Assembly: GCF_902713615.1 (NCBI RefSeq)
Contig: NC_052154.1
Span: 111,172,817-111,236,816, forward strand
DNA from: Scyliorhinus canicula
Taxonomy: Eukaryota
Direction: 5' to 3'
Length of the DNA: 64,000 nucleotides
Below, one piece after another: positions 37,347 to 50,700 of this stretch (position 1 is its first letter; every line of letters starts with the position of its first letter). The notes under the pieces are model-generated. The model was not told the DNA's origin. It did not search any database and saw nothing but the letters and a program-made list of their open reading frames with translations. Position numbers and translations under genes: made by a program.

Positions 37347-37620
37347 GCACAGTAGCACAGTGCTTAGCACTGCTGATTCACAGAGCCAGGGACCCAGGTT
37401 CGATTCCTGGCTTGGGTCACTGCACGTTCTCCCCATGTCTGTGTGGATTTCCTCTGGGTGCTCTGGTTTCCTCCCCACAAGTCCCAAAAGACGTGTTTGT
37501 TAAGTAAACAAGACATTTTTAATTCTTCCTCAGTCTACCCAAACAGGTGCCGGAATGTGGCGACTAGGGGATTATCACAGTAACTTCATTGCAGTGTTAA
37601 TGTAATAATAAAGATTATAA
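37347..37620 (+). mobile_element. HE1-related SINE (third tail variant)
   Basis: gcacagtagcacagtg…cccaggttcgattcc…gactaggggattatcacagtaacttcattgcagtg. Confidence 0.85.
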
Positions 37621-38097
37621 TGAAGTCTTATCTGATTTTCTACAGACCAGAGAAGGGCTAACATAGTCCAAGGCAGTTCAATCAGTGAGACAGGCTGAGA
37701 TATGGAAGCAGAACCACGTTTTAATCCAGGGTGATAGAGAAGCTTTGTGGAATCAGACCACTGTCTCAATCCAGTTTGTGACTAATAGAGTTACCAGTGT
37801 GCCCATTAAAAAGTAGACATGGAATGAAGAGGAAGCGATTACTGTCGTCAGCCATTGTAGCACAATAAAACCTCATCATGCGAAGACTGTTGACATAACT
37901 ATAGAGTGTCATCCTGCGGGGCCATTTGAAAGCAGGATGCTGCAACAGAAAGGCTCCTACTCTAATTCAAGGTCGACCAATCAGATCCAGCAGTATCCAG
38001 ATAATAGAATATGCAAAGAACATGAAGTGCCATTCAAGGGTGAAGTTGCAAAATCCAAAGAGACCTTTCAAAGTGTGGCTATATTGTGAATGGCCAC

Positions 38098-38507
38098 ACG
38101 GCACGGTAGCACTGCGGTTAGCACTGTTGCTTCTGGGCAGCACGGTGGCACAGTGGTTAACATTGCTGCCTACGGCGCTGAGGACCCGGGTTCGAATCCC
38201 GGCCCTGGGTCACTGTCCGTGTGGAATTTGCACATTCTCCCCGTGTCCACGTGGGTTTCACCCCCGCAACCCAAAGATGTGCCGGATAGTTGGATTGACC
38301 ATACTAAATTGCCCCTTAATTGGAAAAAATAATTGGGTACTCTAAATTTAAAAAGAAACACTGTTGCTTCACAGCTCCAGGGTCCCAGGTTCGATTCCCA
38401 TTTTTTCATGGGTTTCCTCCCACAACCCATGTGTAGGGTAGGTGGATCGGACATGTTAAATTGCCCCTTAATTGGAAAACAAAGAATTGGGTAGTCTAAA
38501 TGTATTT
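38098..38507 (+). mobile_element. SINE nested in SINE (inner copy 38134-38358)
   Basis: 12-bp TSD cactgttgcttc at 38122-38133 and 38359-38370; inner copy has an A-rich tail. Confidence 0.9.
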
Positions 38508-40810
38508 ATTTTTTTTAATATTTTATTACGGCATTTATATAAACAACAAACAAAACAGATAAGACCAGAAGCAAAATTGTACAACATAATAAATAATCAA
38601 CACTCGCACGTCTCCCACCGCCCTTCCCATCCTCCCACCCCCATTTTAACCCCCTTATCCCCCACCCCCTTCTCCTGACGCCTCAATCCTCCTTAAAAAG
38701 TCAATGAACGACTTCCACCTCCAAGCGAACCCATCAAAAACTGTCTCAAGATGAACTTGATCCTCTCCAACCTCAGGAATTCTGCCAGGTCGGCCACCCA
38801 CACCCCCGCTAACGGCAGCTCCGAGTCCCTCCATCCAAGCAAAATCTGTCTCCGGGCTACCAAGGAAGTAAAGGCCAGGACATCGGCCTCTTTCACCCCT
38901 TGGACTCCCGGGTCTTCCGACACCCCAAATAGCGCTACCTCTGGACTCGGGGCTACCTTCACCCCCAGCACCTCGGACATTACATCTGCAAACCTCTGCC
39001 AGAACCCCTTGAGCTTCAGACACATGCAAAACATGTGGACATGCCATCAGCTCCGTGTAGACCTCGGACACCTTCCCCTCCAGTACCCCTTCCCTCGACA
39101 ACACCTTATCCATCAGCCCCAGGGGCTGCAACCCAGGAAAGGAAGGCACCTCCCTCCTCATGAAATCCCAGACCTGTAAGTACCTAAAACCATTCCCCCT
39201 GGAAAGCTCATATTCCTCCTTCAGGCCCTCTAATTTTGCAAAGCTGCCTCGTACGACCAGATCCTCAAACTGCTCAATCTCCACCTGCCGCCACCCCTGA
39301 AACCTCACATCCAGCCCCCCACCACTCGTGCAAACCTATGGTTATCCAAAATGGGTGCCCACACTGAGGCACCCTCCAGTCTCAAATGCTGCCTCCGCTG
39401 CCTCCACACTCTCAAGGCCGACACCACCACTGGGCTCACAGAGTGCCTGGCCGGCGAGCACAGCAGAGACGCAGTCAACAATGCCCCTAATCTCATTCCC
39501 CTGCAAGAAGCCGCCTCCATCCACACCATACCGACCCCTTCCCCACTACCCATTTCCTGACTATAGCGATGTTAGCCGTCCAGTAGTAAGTCATTATATT
39601 CGGCAACGCCAACCCTCCCCCTCCTCGCCCCCGCTCCAAGAAAACCCTCTTGACCCTCGGGGTCTTCCCCGCCCACACAAACCCCAAAATCAACACATTG
39701 ACCTTTTTAAAGAATGACTTTGGAACGAAGATCGGGAGGTTCTGAAATATGAACAGGAACCGTGGCAGCACCGTCATCTTCACTGTCTGCACCCTTCCTG
39801 CCAATGACAGTGGCAGCACATCCCACTTCTTAAAATCCCCCTTCATCTGCTCCACCACCCGAGCCAAATTTAACTCATGCAGCTGTGCCCAACCCCGTGC
39901 CACCTGGATGCCCAGGTGCCTGCAACTCCCCACCCCCCACCACCTTGAATGACAGCTCCCCAACCTCTTGTCCTGCCCTCTGGTCTCAATCAGGAACACC
40001 TCGCTCTATCCATGTTCAGCCTGCATCCACAAAACCAGCCAAAGTCCTCCAAAATCCCCATAATTCTGCCAATGCTCCCACTGGGTCCGAAATATATAAC
40101 AATAGGTCATCTGCGTACAGCGAAACCCTGTGTTCGACCCCCTCCCCACACCGCGCTATCCCTTTCCAACTCCTCAATGCTCTAAGCACCATTGCCAATG
40201 GCTCTGTTGCCAAGGCAAGAACCAACATGAAGAGCAGGCACCCCTGCCTTATCCAACGGTGCAACCCGAAATATCCTGAACTCACCCTGGGCGTCCGTGC
40301 ACTTGCAACTGGGCCCAATCCACAACCTCCTGGCCAAATCCAAGCCATCCTCACACCTCCCACAGATATTCCCATTCCACCCGGTTGAAAGCCTTCTCCG
40401 TGTCCACCGCCACCTCCACTTCCTGCCCCTCTGGTGGCATCATAATCACGTGAAGTAACCTCCTCACGTTTGCTGAAAACTGCCACCCCTTCACAAACCT
40501 TGTTTGATCCTCACCTATCAGTCCCGGGATCCAGTCCTCGATTCGCGAAGCCAACACCTTCGCCAGAAACTTGCTGTCCATATTTAACAACGATATTGGA
40601 TGGTAGGATCCAGACTGCTTTGGGTCCTTATCTTTCTTCAGTATCAGAGAGATGAACACCTGTGATAGTGGAGGAAGGAACTTCCCCCTCTCCCTAGCCT
40701 CATTATCTGCCCTCACAAACAGTGGCCCCCAGATCCCACCCCATGTTTATTAAATTCCATTGGGAACCCGTCCGGACCTGGGTCCTTCCCTGCCTGCATC
40801 GCCCCCATAC

Positions 40811-41184
40811 TGGATAAAGTAAGAAGTCTTACAACACCAGTTTAAAGTCCAACATGTTTGTTTCAAACACTAACTTTCGGAGCGCTGCTCCTTAGGTGAA
40901 TGATCAAGAAGAAGGAGCAGTGCTCCAAAAGCTAGTGTTTGAAACAAACATGTTGGACTTTAACCTGGTGTTGTAAGACTGCTTACTGTGCTCACCCCAG
41001 TCCAACACCGGCATCTCCACATCATACTGGATAAAAGCAGATCACCCATCTTTCATTCTCACTCCACATATAAATATTTCCCACTTTCTCTGCCTTTGGC
41101 ATTTGGACTCAAAACGTTAGCTGTTTTCTCTCCCAACAGATGCTGCCAGACGTGCTGAGATTTTACAGCATTTTCTCTTTAGTT
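40811..41184. mobile_element. Penelope-like family A fragment inserted in L1 ORF2
   Basis: 12-bp TSD tcgcccccat(a/g)c at 40799-40810 / 41185-41196; arm aaaacgttagctgttttctctcccaacagatgctgccagac…cagcattttct. Confidence 0.7.
40819..41022. mobile_element. Penelope-like family B inverted terminal element with decayed hammerhead cores
   Basis: Arms 40819-40898 and ~40905-40986 are inverted; 13-bp TSD catactggataaa (40806-40818 / 41023-41035). Confidence 0.8.
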
Positions 41185-44100
41185 TCGCCCCCATGCTCTC
41201 CATCATCTCCCCCTACCCAATCCCTGCACCAGGTCCTCGTCGACCCTGGGAATATCCAACCCATCCAGGAACCACTAAATTCCCTCTCCCCGGCCAGGGG
41301 CTCCGACTCATATAACCTCCTCTAATAATCCTCAAACACCCCATTCACCCCCACCGGGTCCAGCAGCACCCTTCCTGTTCCATCCTTCACTCTGCCAATC
41401 TCCCCCGCCACCTCCTGCTTCCTCAACTGATGGGCCAGCATCCTGCTCACCTTCTCCCTGTACTCATACATTGCCCCCCAGGCCCTCCTCACCTGCCCTG
41501 CTGCCTTCAGCCCGACCTCCATCTGGAGGCTGTGTCTCTCCCTCAACAATCAAGCCTCTGCGTTCCCCCTTTTTCCTGTGTGCCCAAGTCGAAATAAACT
41601 CCCCCCTACCACTGCGTTGAGTGCCTCCACAGCATGGCGGTCGTGGCCTCCCCCATATCATTGAGCTACACATGCACTGCGATGGCAGCCCTCACCCCCT
41701 CGCAAATCTCATCATCTCCCAGCCACCCCACATTTAACCTCCACTGCGGACGCTACCCCACCCCCCACCCCAGTCCACTTGCAAATCCACCCAGTGCGGC
41801 GTGTGGTCTCAGACCACAATCGCCGAATACTCCCAGTTGACCACCCTGCCAGCAACGCCTTGTCCACCACAAAAATGTCAATCCGGGATTATACCCGGTT
41901 TATATGGGAAAAATATGAAAACTCCCTCGACCTCGGCCTCCCAAACCTCCGCGTGTCCACCCCCCCATCCGCTCAGTAAACCCCTTCAGCTCCGTCGCCA
42001 CCACCAACACTGTCCCTGACCTTGGGCTCAACCGGTCCAAACATGTCCAGTTAAAATCACCCTCCCCCATGATCAACAGATGCCAGGTCAAAAATCTTCC
42101 CCAAAACCCTTCTCATAAACTCCACATCGTCGCAGTTTGGGGAATAAACGTGTCCCAAAATCACCGGCATCCCCTGCAGCTTCTCACTCGCCATCATTAA
42201 TCTCTCCCCCGTGAGTCCGCCACTATGTTCCCCAACGCGAATTCCGCCCGCTTGTTTACCAGCGTTGCCATGCCACTCGTATTCATGGCCAGTCCAGAAT
42301 GGAATACCTGCTCTACCTATCCTTTCCTCAAACATGTCTGGTCTCCTAACTTTAAATGCGTCCCTTGTAAAAAATCCATGTCCGCTTTCAGACTCCTCAG
42401 GTGTGCGAACACACGTGACCGTTTGACCAGCCCATTCAGCCCCCTCACATTCCACGTGACCAGCCTGGTTAGGGGGCTCCCCGCCCCCCTTACCCTGCCG
42501 ATCAACCATATCCTTTTTTAGGCCAGCCCCTGGATCGTGTCAAGCGACCTTCCAGGCCCACCATCGGATGTCCACCGCCATCGCTCCCTTTCAAACTGCG
42601 CCACCACAACCACACTTTTGTCAGCACTCCCCCAAACCAAACAGCCACCTCATCCACCCCCCCCCCCCCCCCCCCCCCCCGCGCACCAACCACCTGACCA
42701 TCCCCTAACTGTGCTCCCATTAACTAGCCTGCCCAACTAGTCTGGCAGCCCCTGCCCAAGGCCTCCTAACCTCCTACACCCCCGACGCCCCTCCCCCCAT
42801 CTGCACTGCCTCAGGAAACAAAGAACCAGAAAAAGGTGCACTCACCCTTAATGCTCCCCAAGCACCCAGCCACCAAGAACATAAAAATTTCAAATGAGAA
42901 AAAGCTCTCCAACAAGCACCAAAAGAAACCACCTCCTCATGCCTCCTCAAAAGTTCAATGTCCTTCTCCTGCCAATTCATTGTCTCTCGAAGATTTTGTC
43001 GCCTCCTCTGGTGTTCCGAAATAATATTCGCGATTCTGGAAAGTCACCCAGAGGAGTGCCTGGTACAGTACCCCTAACCTCGCCCCCTTCATGAAGAGGG
43101 CAGCCTTAACCCAGTTAAACCCAGCCCTCATCTTTGCCAGTTCTGCACCCAGGTCCTGGTACACTCGCAACTCGCTCCCCTCCCATCCTCGTCTGCCTCG
43201 CCCACCACAGAATCTTCTCCTTGACAAGGAAATGGTGCAACCTCTGCGGCTCTCCCACCTGTGGCCTCCTCATCAGCGCCCTGTGCGCTCGGTCGACCGC
43301 CAGGGGCCGTCAGCTTTTTCAACATCTTGGCCGCACACATGCCTTCGGGCATTTCCAGGATACACAAGTTTTGTCCTATGGAGCGGTTCTTCAGATCCTC
43401 CACCTTCTCACGAGACTCTTATGGGTCTCCCTCATCACCCCCATCTCAGACGGCAATGAGGCATGCTCTTCATGCTCTCCAACCGTCTCCTCTGCTTTCT
43501 GAATTGCCTGACATCGGGACTTCAGCCTCTGCTCCACACCATCAATCCCTGCTTTAAGCAGCTCCAGCACTTTGGCCAGGCCTTCCAGGGCTTCCCTCCT
43601 CTGCTGGCTGAACTTCTCATTTAAGAAGTCCACCAGCTGCTCCGTTGACCACTGGCTGGGCAGGACATGCACTTTGCCCTCCGCCATATTGACCTGTGGT
43701 ACAAAGATTCTCTTGTTCCACCAGCTCCCTTCTTCTCGAATCACTTTTGGATTCATCCACCAGCCACACCAGAGTCTCACTTTCTCCCAGCACTCCTACA
43801 CTTTTTTCCATCCAAACTTCCAACCTACAATCGGGGAAAGGACCCCAAAACATCTACCTTCAGCAGGAGCTACCAAATGTGTGGCCACTCACTCCATGGC
43901 TGTCATCAGAAGGGGTACCCTAAATTTATTTTAAAGAAGGTTTGGAGGAGGTCTAAGCGGCTTACCATATTACCTTAAAGTTAGATGCCAAGTCGGTCTG
44001 TTTGTTTACCCGCGAAAGGACCCACGCCCTCTCGAGAAATAGGTGAGGCACCACAATCCAATCCTTGGTGCTCAGATATGGTGCCTGTACCCAAGACTAA

Positions 44101-45247
44101 CGGCTCACTTCATAATTGTGTGAATCCCACAGGTTTGAACAAGGTAAAAAGGGAGATCCTCCCCATGATACCCATTGATGAATGCCTGACGAAGCTCACG
44201 AAGAGCTCAGTTTTCACTAATAGACACCAACCGTGTCTTCTGGCAGCTCCCATTAGACAAAGTCCAAATTGCTAACGACATTCATTGCACTGTTAACCCA
44301 TATTGCTCACAGATCTGACGTCCAAGCTGATCACCAGAAAACCATCAAGGATTTCTCACCGCCCCTTATCAATACAGAACTTCAACCTTTGATGGACATG
44401 GTTGATATGCTGGGTAAGTTCCTGTTCAAACTTGTACACATTAAACAGCAGCTACCACAACTCCTGAAGCAGGGCCAGGCCTGGTAATGGAGGAACACCA
44501 GCAGAGGGCGTTTGACACAGTCAAAGACATGCTCTGCCCACAGAAATGCTGGCCCATTACAATACAGACCTACTCACCATAGTCATGGTGGACACATCGT
44601 CCATTGGCCTTGGGACCGTATTGTTCCATATTCAGCCAGGTGGCTCTTACACACCTGTATATTATGCCTCTGATGTGCTCACAGAAACAGTGCAGCATTA
44701 TGATGTAATTGGAAAGGAGACCCTGATGGGCAGTTGGGCTGTGCGAAAGGTTTTTGGATTACGTCCTGGAGCTCAAGTTAACTATCCAGCCCAGGCCGAT
44801 CATAAGCCATTAGTCACCCTGCATAACACCAAAGAATTAGCAAAGGTACCACACCAAATTCAAAGGTTTTAATTACAGCTCCTGAGCTTTGACGTCGCTG
44901 CCTACTGCTCTGGGTAAACACCAACATGCAGCTAATGCGTTGCCCTGAATTCATGTGGGAAGCCTGAACAGAATGATGTACACTTTGCTGAGAATTTGGA
45001 GTCTTACATCTCCTTATCTACCCACTTTCTCCAGGCGACCACCCAGAAACCAGACAAAATTGAGCAACCCAAAAAGCTGATGCTGAGTGTGCAGACACAG
45101 GGTAACCTTGCTACTGGATGGCCTACTTATGTTCCCAGCAATTGTATTCTGAGGCAGCAATTTAAATAGCATTGTCTCCTCAGTCTTGTGAATGACTTGT
45201 GAGACTGGAATGATCAAATTGTCATTCCCAGGGCCCTCATGGTAATT

Positions 45248-45587
45248 TGGGGCAGCACGGTAGCATGGTGGTTAGCATAAATGCTTCACAGCTCCAGGGT
45301 CCCAGGTTCGATTCCCGGCTGGGTCACTGTCTGTGTGGAGTCTGCACGTCCTCCCCGTGTGTGCATGGGTTTCCTCCGGGTGCTCCGGTTTCCTCCCACA
45401 GTCCAAAGATGTGCGGGTTAGGTGGATTGGCCATGCTAAATTGCCCGTAGTGTCCTAAAAAGTAAGGTTAAGGGGGGGTTTGTTGGGTTACGGGAATAGG
45501 GTGGATACGTGGGTTTGAGTAGGGTGATCATTGCTCGGCACAACATCGAGGGCCGAAGGGCCTGTTCTGTGCTGTACTGTTCTATGT
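45248..45587 (+). mobile_element. HE1 SINE, long subtype
   Basis: Very similar to the reverse complement of 30177-30524. Confidence 0.95.
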
Positions 45588-46373
45588 CTGGCTGGACAAT
45601 CTCCAAAGATTACACCACGGACATCTGGATATCACCAAATGCAGGGCTAGAGCCTGCAATTCAGCCTGGTGGTCTGGTAACTCCAAAGCTATTGAGGAAA
45701 TCATTTACAATTGTACGACTTGTAACATCCATAAGCAATGCCACAGGGAACTCCCATGGGGTCCTCCTTCCCATCCCCACCATGGGAATGCCTCAGCATC
45801 GATCATTTTGTCTTCCAGGGTAAAATATTTCTTATCATCGTCGATTATTATGCTCTGCGGATTGAGGTTAAAAGGGTGCATGAGCCCACCTTGGCGGGAG
45901 TTATTACCATGCTCAAGATTTAATTGTCTCTGTCAACAGTACCCAGTTTGCCAATTATTGCTTCAAATGCTTCACTGAGACATACAGCTTTGTCCATATC
46001 AACAGCTCAGCCAAGTACTCACAGGCCATTGAAGAGACAAGAAGAGGGGTCTGTACACTCAAATCCTTGGTAATGAAAAATTATGATATCGACTTGGCCT
46101 GAGTTACCAGCCTACTCCACTGCAGAATGGTCTGGCTCCATCAGAACTCTCAATAGGTAGGAGATTACACACACAACTCCCGTGTCTCCCTTTGACTATG
46201 CCTCAAGGTGACAGAGATTGAAAAGGCGACGGGAAAAAGAAGACCACTACCGAGTGAACCAGATCCTGAAATACAACCCCGCCACAACACACAGGATCTA
46301 AAAGCACTCTTAGTAGGGGAGTCTGTGTGGCTCTGAGACCAGAGCCAGCCCAGCCAGGTTTTGAGTTAGTCAT

Positions 46374-46712
46374 TGAATCATAGAATTTACAGTGCAGAAA
46401 AAGCCATTCGGCCCCTCGAGTCTGCTCCGGCTCTTGGAAAGAGCACCCCATTTAATCCCATGCCCCACCCCATCCCCGAAACCCAGTAACTCCATCTAAG
46501 CTTTTTGGACACTAAGGGCAATTTAACATGGCCAATCCACCTAACCTGCACATCTTTCGACTGTGGGAGGAAACCGGAGCACCCGGAGGAAACCCATGCA
46601 GACATGGGGAGAACGTGCAGACTCCACACAGACAGTGACGCAAGCCGAGAATCGAACCTGAGACCCTGGAGCTGTGAAGAAACTGTGGAAACCACTATGC
46701 TACCGTGCTGCC
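46374..46712 (-). mobile_element. HE1 SINE, long subtype
   Basis: gaatcatagaatttacagtgcaga tail; head …accgtgctgccc. Confidence 0.93.
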
Positions 46713-47757
46713 CATTCATCCACGCTCCTGTCTTGAATCAATGAGCCCGCTGTTGGGCCTCCGTCCCTCAGAGCGGGAGCTTGCATTCCACATAACCCAC
46801 GGGGAGATCGATCGGGTCATTCTCGTGGCTCTCATGTGGGTTACAACAGTCCAGCTCTTTCACAAAGAGGTTTGGGGGACAGTTTCAGCAAGGGTGTCGG
46901 TGGGAGCCTTTGAAAGAAAGGGACGGCAATAAGAAGATTATCTTTTACATTTTCATCCTTAATTTTTGGGAGACGAATGTCACTGACATGGTCAGCAATT
47001 ATTGAAATTCTTAGTTACCATGGAGATGGTAGTGGTAAACTGTTGTAGTCTGAGCGGTCACGGTCCTCTCACAGGTCGGAAATTTCAAGATTTTGACCGA
47101 ACTGTCGTGTTGGCTAGTGTAGACTTGAGAGATGAACAGACACTTCCAACACTGATGAAGGTTCAACTCAATTTTATTAACTACTTCTAACTAACTAACA
47201 CATGATGACTGTGGGTCTAAATGATGCTAACTTAAACTAGAGACCTAAGCCTTGTCAGAACCAGTTGATTCTCTCAGCACATGTTGTGAGTCTGTGCTGG
47301 GCTGGATGAGTTCCTGTTACACTCAGAGGCAGCTCCCAGAATGAGCGGGAACCGTGGTGCCCTCTGCCTTTATAGTGTGTGTATTCTAACTGGTGATTGG
47401 CTGCGGTGTTTGTGCATGTTGATTGGTCCCTGCGTGTGTCCATCAGCGCGTGTCTGCACCATAATACACTGGTGTATATTATGACATCCCCCCTTTTTAT
47501 AAAAAAATGTTGATATAGGCATGTGATGATAAATAGTGTGGGTGTGTGGAGAATGTACCTAGTTACGTATGAGGAGCGAAGACATATGTACAAAGCTATA
47601 TACAGGGAACAAGACTATTTACAGAGGAAGGTGCCTGGTGCAGATGACTACCATGAACTGGAACAACCAACAAATCTATTTACAAATCACTGGATAGCGA
47701 ATGCAATAAAGGATATGGGAAAAAGAAAATTTCAGAGAGTCCAAATGTGTACAGAGT

Positions 47758-50700
47758 TCATAAGTTCAGTCTCTGAAGTGGGTGACGAACTCTGGTTGAC
47801 CGCCTCAAGGGTGGGGCAATGGCTGGCGGCTCAGGAGCCGGAAGGGCTGCAGCACTGTCAGGGCCAAGCAGAGTGACCGGAAGCGCCACACAGTCCACGG
47901 CGGGATCAGTAGGAGGGCTGGTCGGAGGAACCTGCAACAACCCTGGAACCAGGCGAAGGGCACGCCTGTTGCGGCGTCGAATGGATCCATCCGGTAAGCG
48001 GACCAGGAAGGAGCGGGGGGCTACCTGCCTTAGAACGACAGCAGGCGCAGACCAGCCACCATCCGGGAGGTGGATGCGAACCTTGTCGCTGGGATGGATG
48101 TCGGGAAGGTCAGCAGCCCTGAGTCGTAGGACGTTTTCTGCTGCAGTTTAGACATGTGCATGTGGAGGAGCATGGGAACATAATCGAGGTTGGTAGAGAG
48201 AATTGATGGCACCGTCGTTCTGAGGGTATGGTTCATTAGTAGCTGAGCAAGCGACAGGCCGGTGGAGGGTGGGGCGGAGCGATAGGCTAGCAGAGCAAGA
48301 TGGAAATCTGAGCCGGCGCCGGTGGCTTTGCTGAGGAGCCGCTTAACGATGTGGACCCCCTTTTCCACCTTCCCATTGGATTGGGGGTATAGGGGACTGG
48401 GCGTAGCGTGCTCGAAGTTGTAGTGTCGGGCGAAGCTGGCCCATTCCTGGCTTGCGAAACAGGTTCCATTGTCTGACATGACCATCAGCGGAATGCCATG
48501 TCGCGCAAATGCCTCCTTACACACCCTGATCACAGCCGAGGATGTGAGATCGTGCAGCCTGATGACCTCCGAGTAGCTGGAGAAGTAGTCGATGATGATG
48601 TCGTAGTCCCTGTCCAATGCATGGAACAAGTCGATGCCCACTTTGTTCCAAGGCAATGTGACGAGCTCATGGGGCATCAGGGTTTCCCGTGGTTGGGCGG
48701 GCTGAAAACACTGGCAGGTAGAGCAGTTGAGCACCACATTGGCGATGTCATCATTTTTTTTTTTTTTTTTTTTTTATAAATTTAGATTACCCAATTATTT
48801 TTTCCAATTAAGGGGCAATTTAGCGTGGCCAATCCACCTACTCTGCACATTTTTGGGTTGTGGGGGCGAAACCCACGCAGACACGGGGAGAATGGCAAAC
48901 TCCACACAGACAGTGACCCAGAGCCGGGATCGAACCTGGGACCTCAGCGCCGTGAGGCGGTTATGCTAACCACTTGGCCACCGTGCTGCCCAGGCGATGT
49001 CATCATTGATGCCCGGCCAGTAGACGGCTTCTCTGGCCCTGCGGCGGCATTTCTCGATTCATGAATGGCCTTCATGGAGTAGCTCCAATACTAGCTGGTG
49101 CATGTTTTGTGGAATGACAATGCGATCCAATTTCAGGAGCACCCTATCGACAACCGCCAGGTCATCGCGGGCGTTGTAAAATTGCGGGCATTGGCCCTTG
49201 AGCCACCCGTCTGACATCAGGCGCATCACCCGCTGTAGAAGTGGATCAGCCGCCGTCTCGCGGCAAATTTGCATCAGTTGTGCAGCCAAAGCTGGCAAAT
49301 GGGAGGCTGTAAGCTGAACCTGAGTATCTATTTGGCCAATAAAGGCGTTGTGATCACACGGAGTTGTGATCGACCTTGAGAGGGCATCAGCAACGGCAAG
49401 GTCCTTGCCAGGGGTATAGATCAGTTGAAAGTCGGACCTGCGCAGCTTGACTAAGATACGCTGGAGGCGAGGAGTCATGTCATTCACGTCCTTTTTGATA
49501 ATATCTACAAGCGGGCGGTGGTCGGTTTCAACCGTGAACTGCGGAAGTCCATAGACGTGGAACTTCACGACTCCAGTGAGAAGGCCGAGACACTCTTTCT
49601 CAATTTGTGCATAGCGCTGCTCTGTGGGAGTCATCGCCCGCGACGCATACGCAACGGGGGCCCATGATGAGGCCTCGTCTCGTTGCAGGAGCACGGCACC
49701 AATCCCCGACTGACTGGCATCAGTAGAGATTTTGGTCTCTTTGGTCGGGTCGAAAAAGGCCAATACTGGGGCCGTGGAAAGCTTGGCCTTCAGCTCCTGC
49801 CATTCACGCCCGTGAGCAGGGAGCCATCGGAAATCTGTGGTTTTGCGAATCAGGTCTCTGAGGGCCGTGGTGTGTGAGACAAGATTCGGAATGAACTTCC
49901 CGAGGAAATTCACCATTCCCAGGAACCGGAGGACCGCTTTCTTGTCTTCAGGCGTCTTCATGGACGTGATTGCTGCAATCTTGTCCTCGTCCGGACGCAC
50001 CCCCTGGTGGGAGATGTGATCCCCCAGAAACTTGATACTCGACTGGCCGAAAGAGCATTTGGCCTTATTGAGGCAGAGGCCGTGTCCGTGGATGCGCCTG
50101 AAAACACGCTTAAGGCGGGCAATGTGTTCCTGCGGGGTGGTTGACCAGATAATAATGTCGTCGACATTTATCCGGACGCCGTCAATCCCCTCCATCATCT
50201 GCTCCATGATCCGGTGGAAAACTTCGGACGCAGAAATGATGCCGAATGGCATCCGGTTGTTGCAGAACCTGCCAAAGGGTGTGTTGAACGTACACAGCTT
50301 CCTACTTGACTCATCTACTTGGATCTGCCAGAAACCCTTCGAGGCATCCAGTTTTGAGAATAGTTTGGCGTGGGCCATCTCGGACGTGAGTTCCTCACGT
50401 TTCGTAACCGGGTAGTGCTCCCGCATGATATTCTGATTCAGATCTTTAGGATCAATACAGATCCGCAGCTCGCCGGACGGTTTCTTGACGCAGACCCAGT
50501 CTGTGGGTTCTGTGACCCTAGAGATGACTCCTTGGTCCTGGAGGTCCTGGAGCTGTTGCTTGAGGCGGTCCCTGAGGGGTGTTGGGACTCTGCGAGGTGC
50601 GTGAATGACAGGTGTGGCGTTGGGCTTGAGTAAGATTTTATACGTGTACGGGAGACATCATGGTCTTGCTGGATGATGGAGTCGAGTTGCGCCCTGAAGT

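Larger units (their letters stand above)
38508..43912 (-). mobile_element. Near full-length older L1-clade LINE inserted in a SINE tail
   Basis: ORF1 remnants 42955-43780; ORF2 remnants (LVTWNVRGLN, YHPISLLN, YADD, LRLERIKF); degenerate ~19-bp TSD gggtagtctaaatgtattt (38489-38507) / gggtaccctaaatttattt (43913-43931). Confidence 0.92.
36330..46300 (+). mobile_element. Old, heavily decayed Gypsy LTR retrotransposon, interrupted by SINEs and a 5.4-kb L1
   Basis: gag remnants 36990-38060 (LVNILFYSIG; LYGLSDSCEYG..KDELI*DHVVVGV; KAVQSVRQAE); RT at 43985 (WCSDMVPVPKTNGSLHNCVN…LNK); RNase H at 44546 (VDTSSIGLGTVL…PVYYAS); integrase at 45600-46200 (HHGHLDI.KC; PWECLSID…LIIVDYY); candidate LTR 36330-36591. 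Confidence 0.8.

Noticed and set aside
47152-47180. CTGATGAAGG in the Gypsy LTR as a hammerhead
   Set aside because: No stem II or downstream GAAA box; antisense to the element.
49059-50426. 455-aa RT/RNase H ORF as an active or domesticated gene
   Set aside because: YVDD is mutated to NVDD, the ORF is flanked by frameshifts, a SINE sits in the integrase and the 5' LTR is disrupted.
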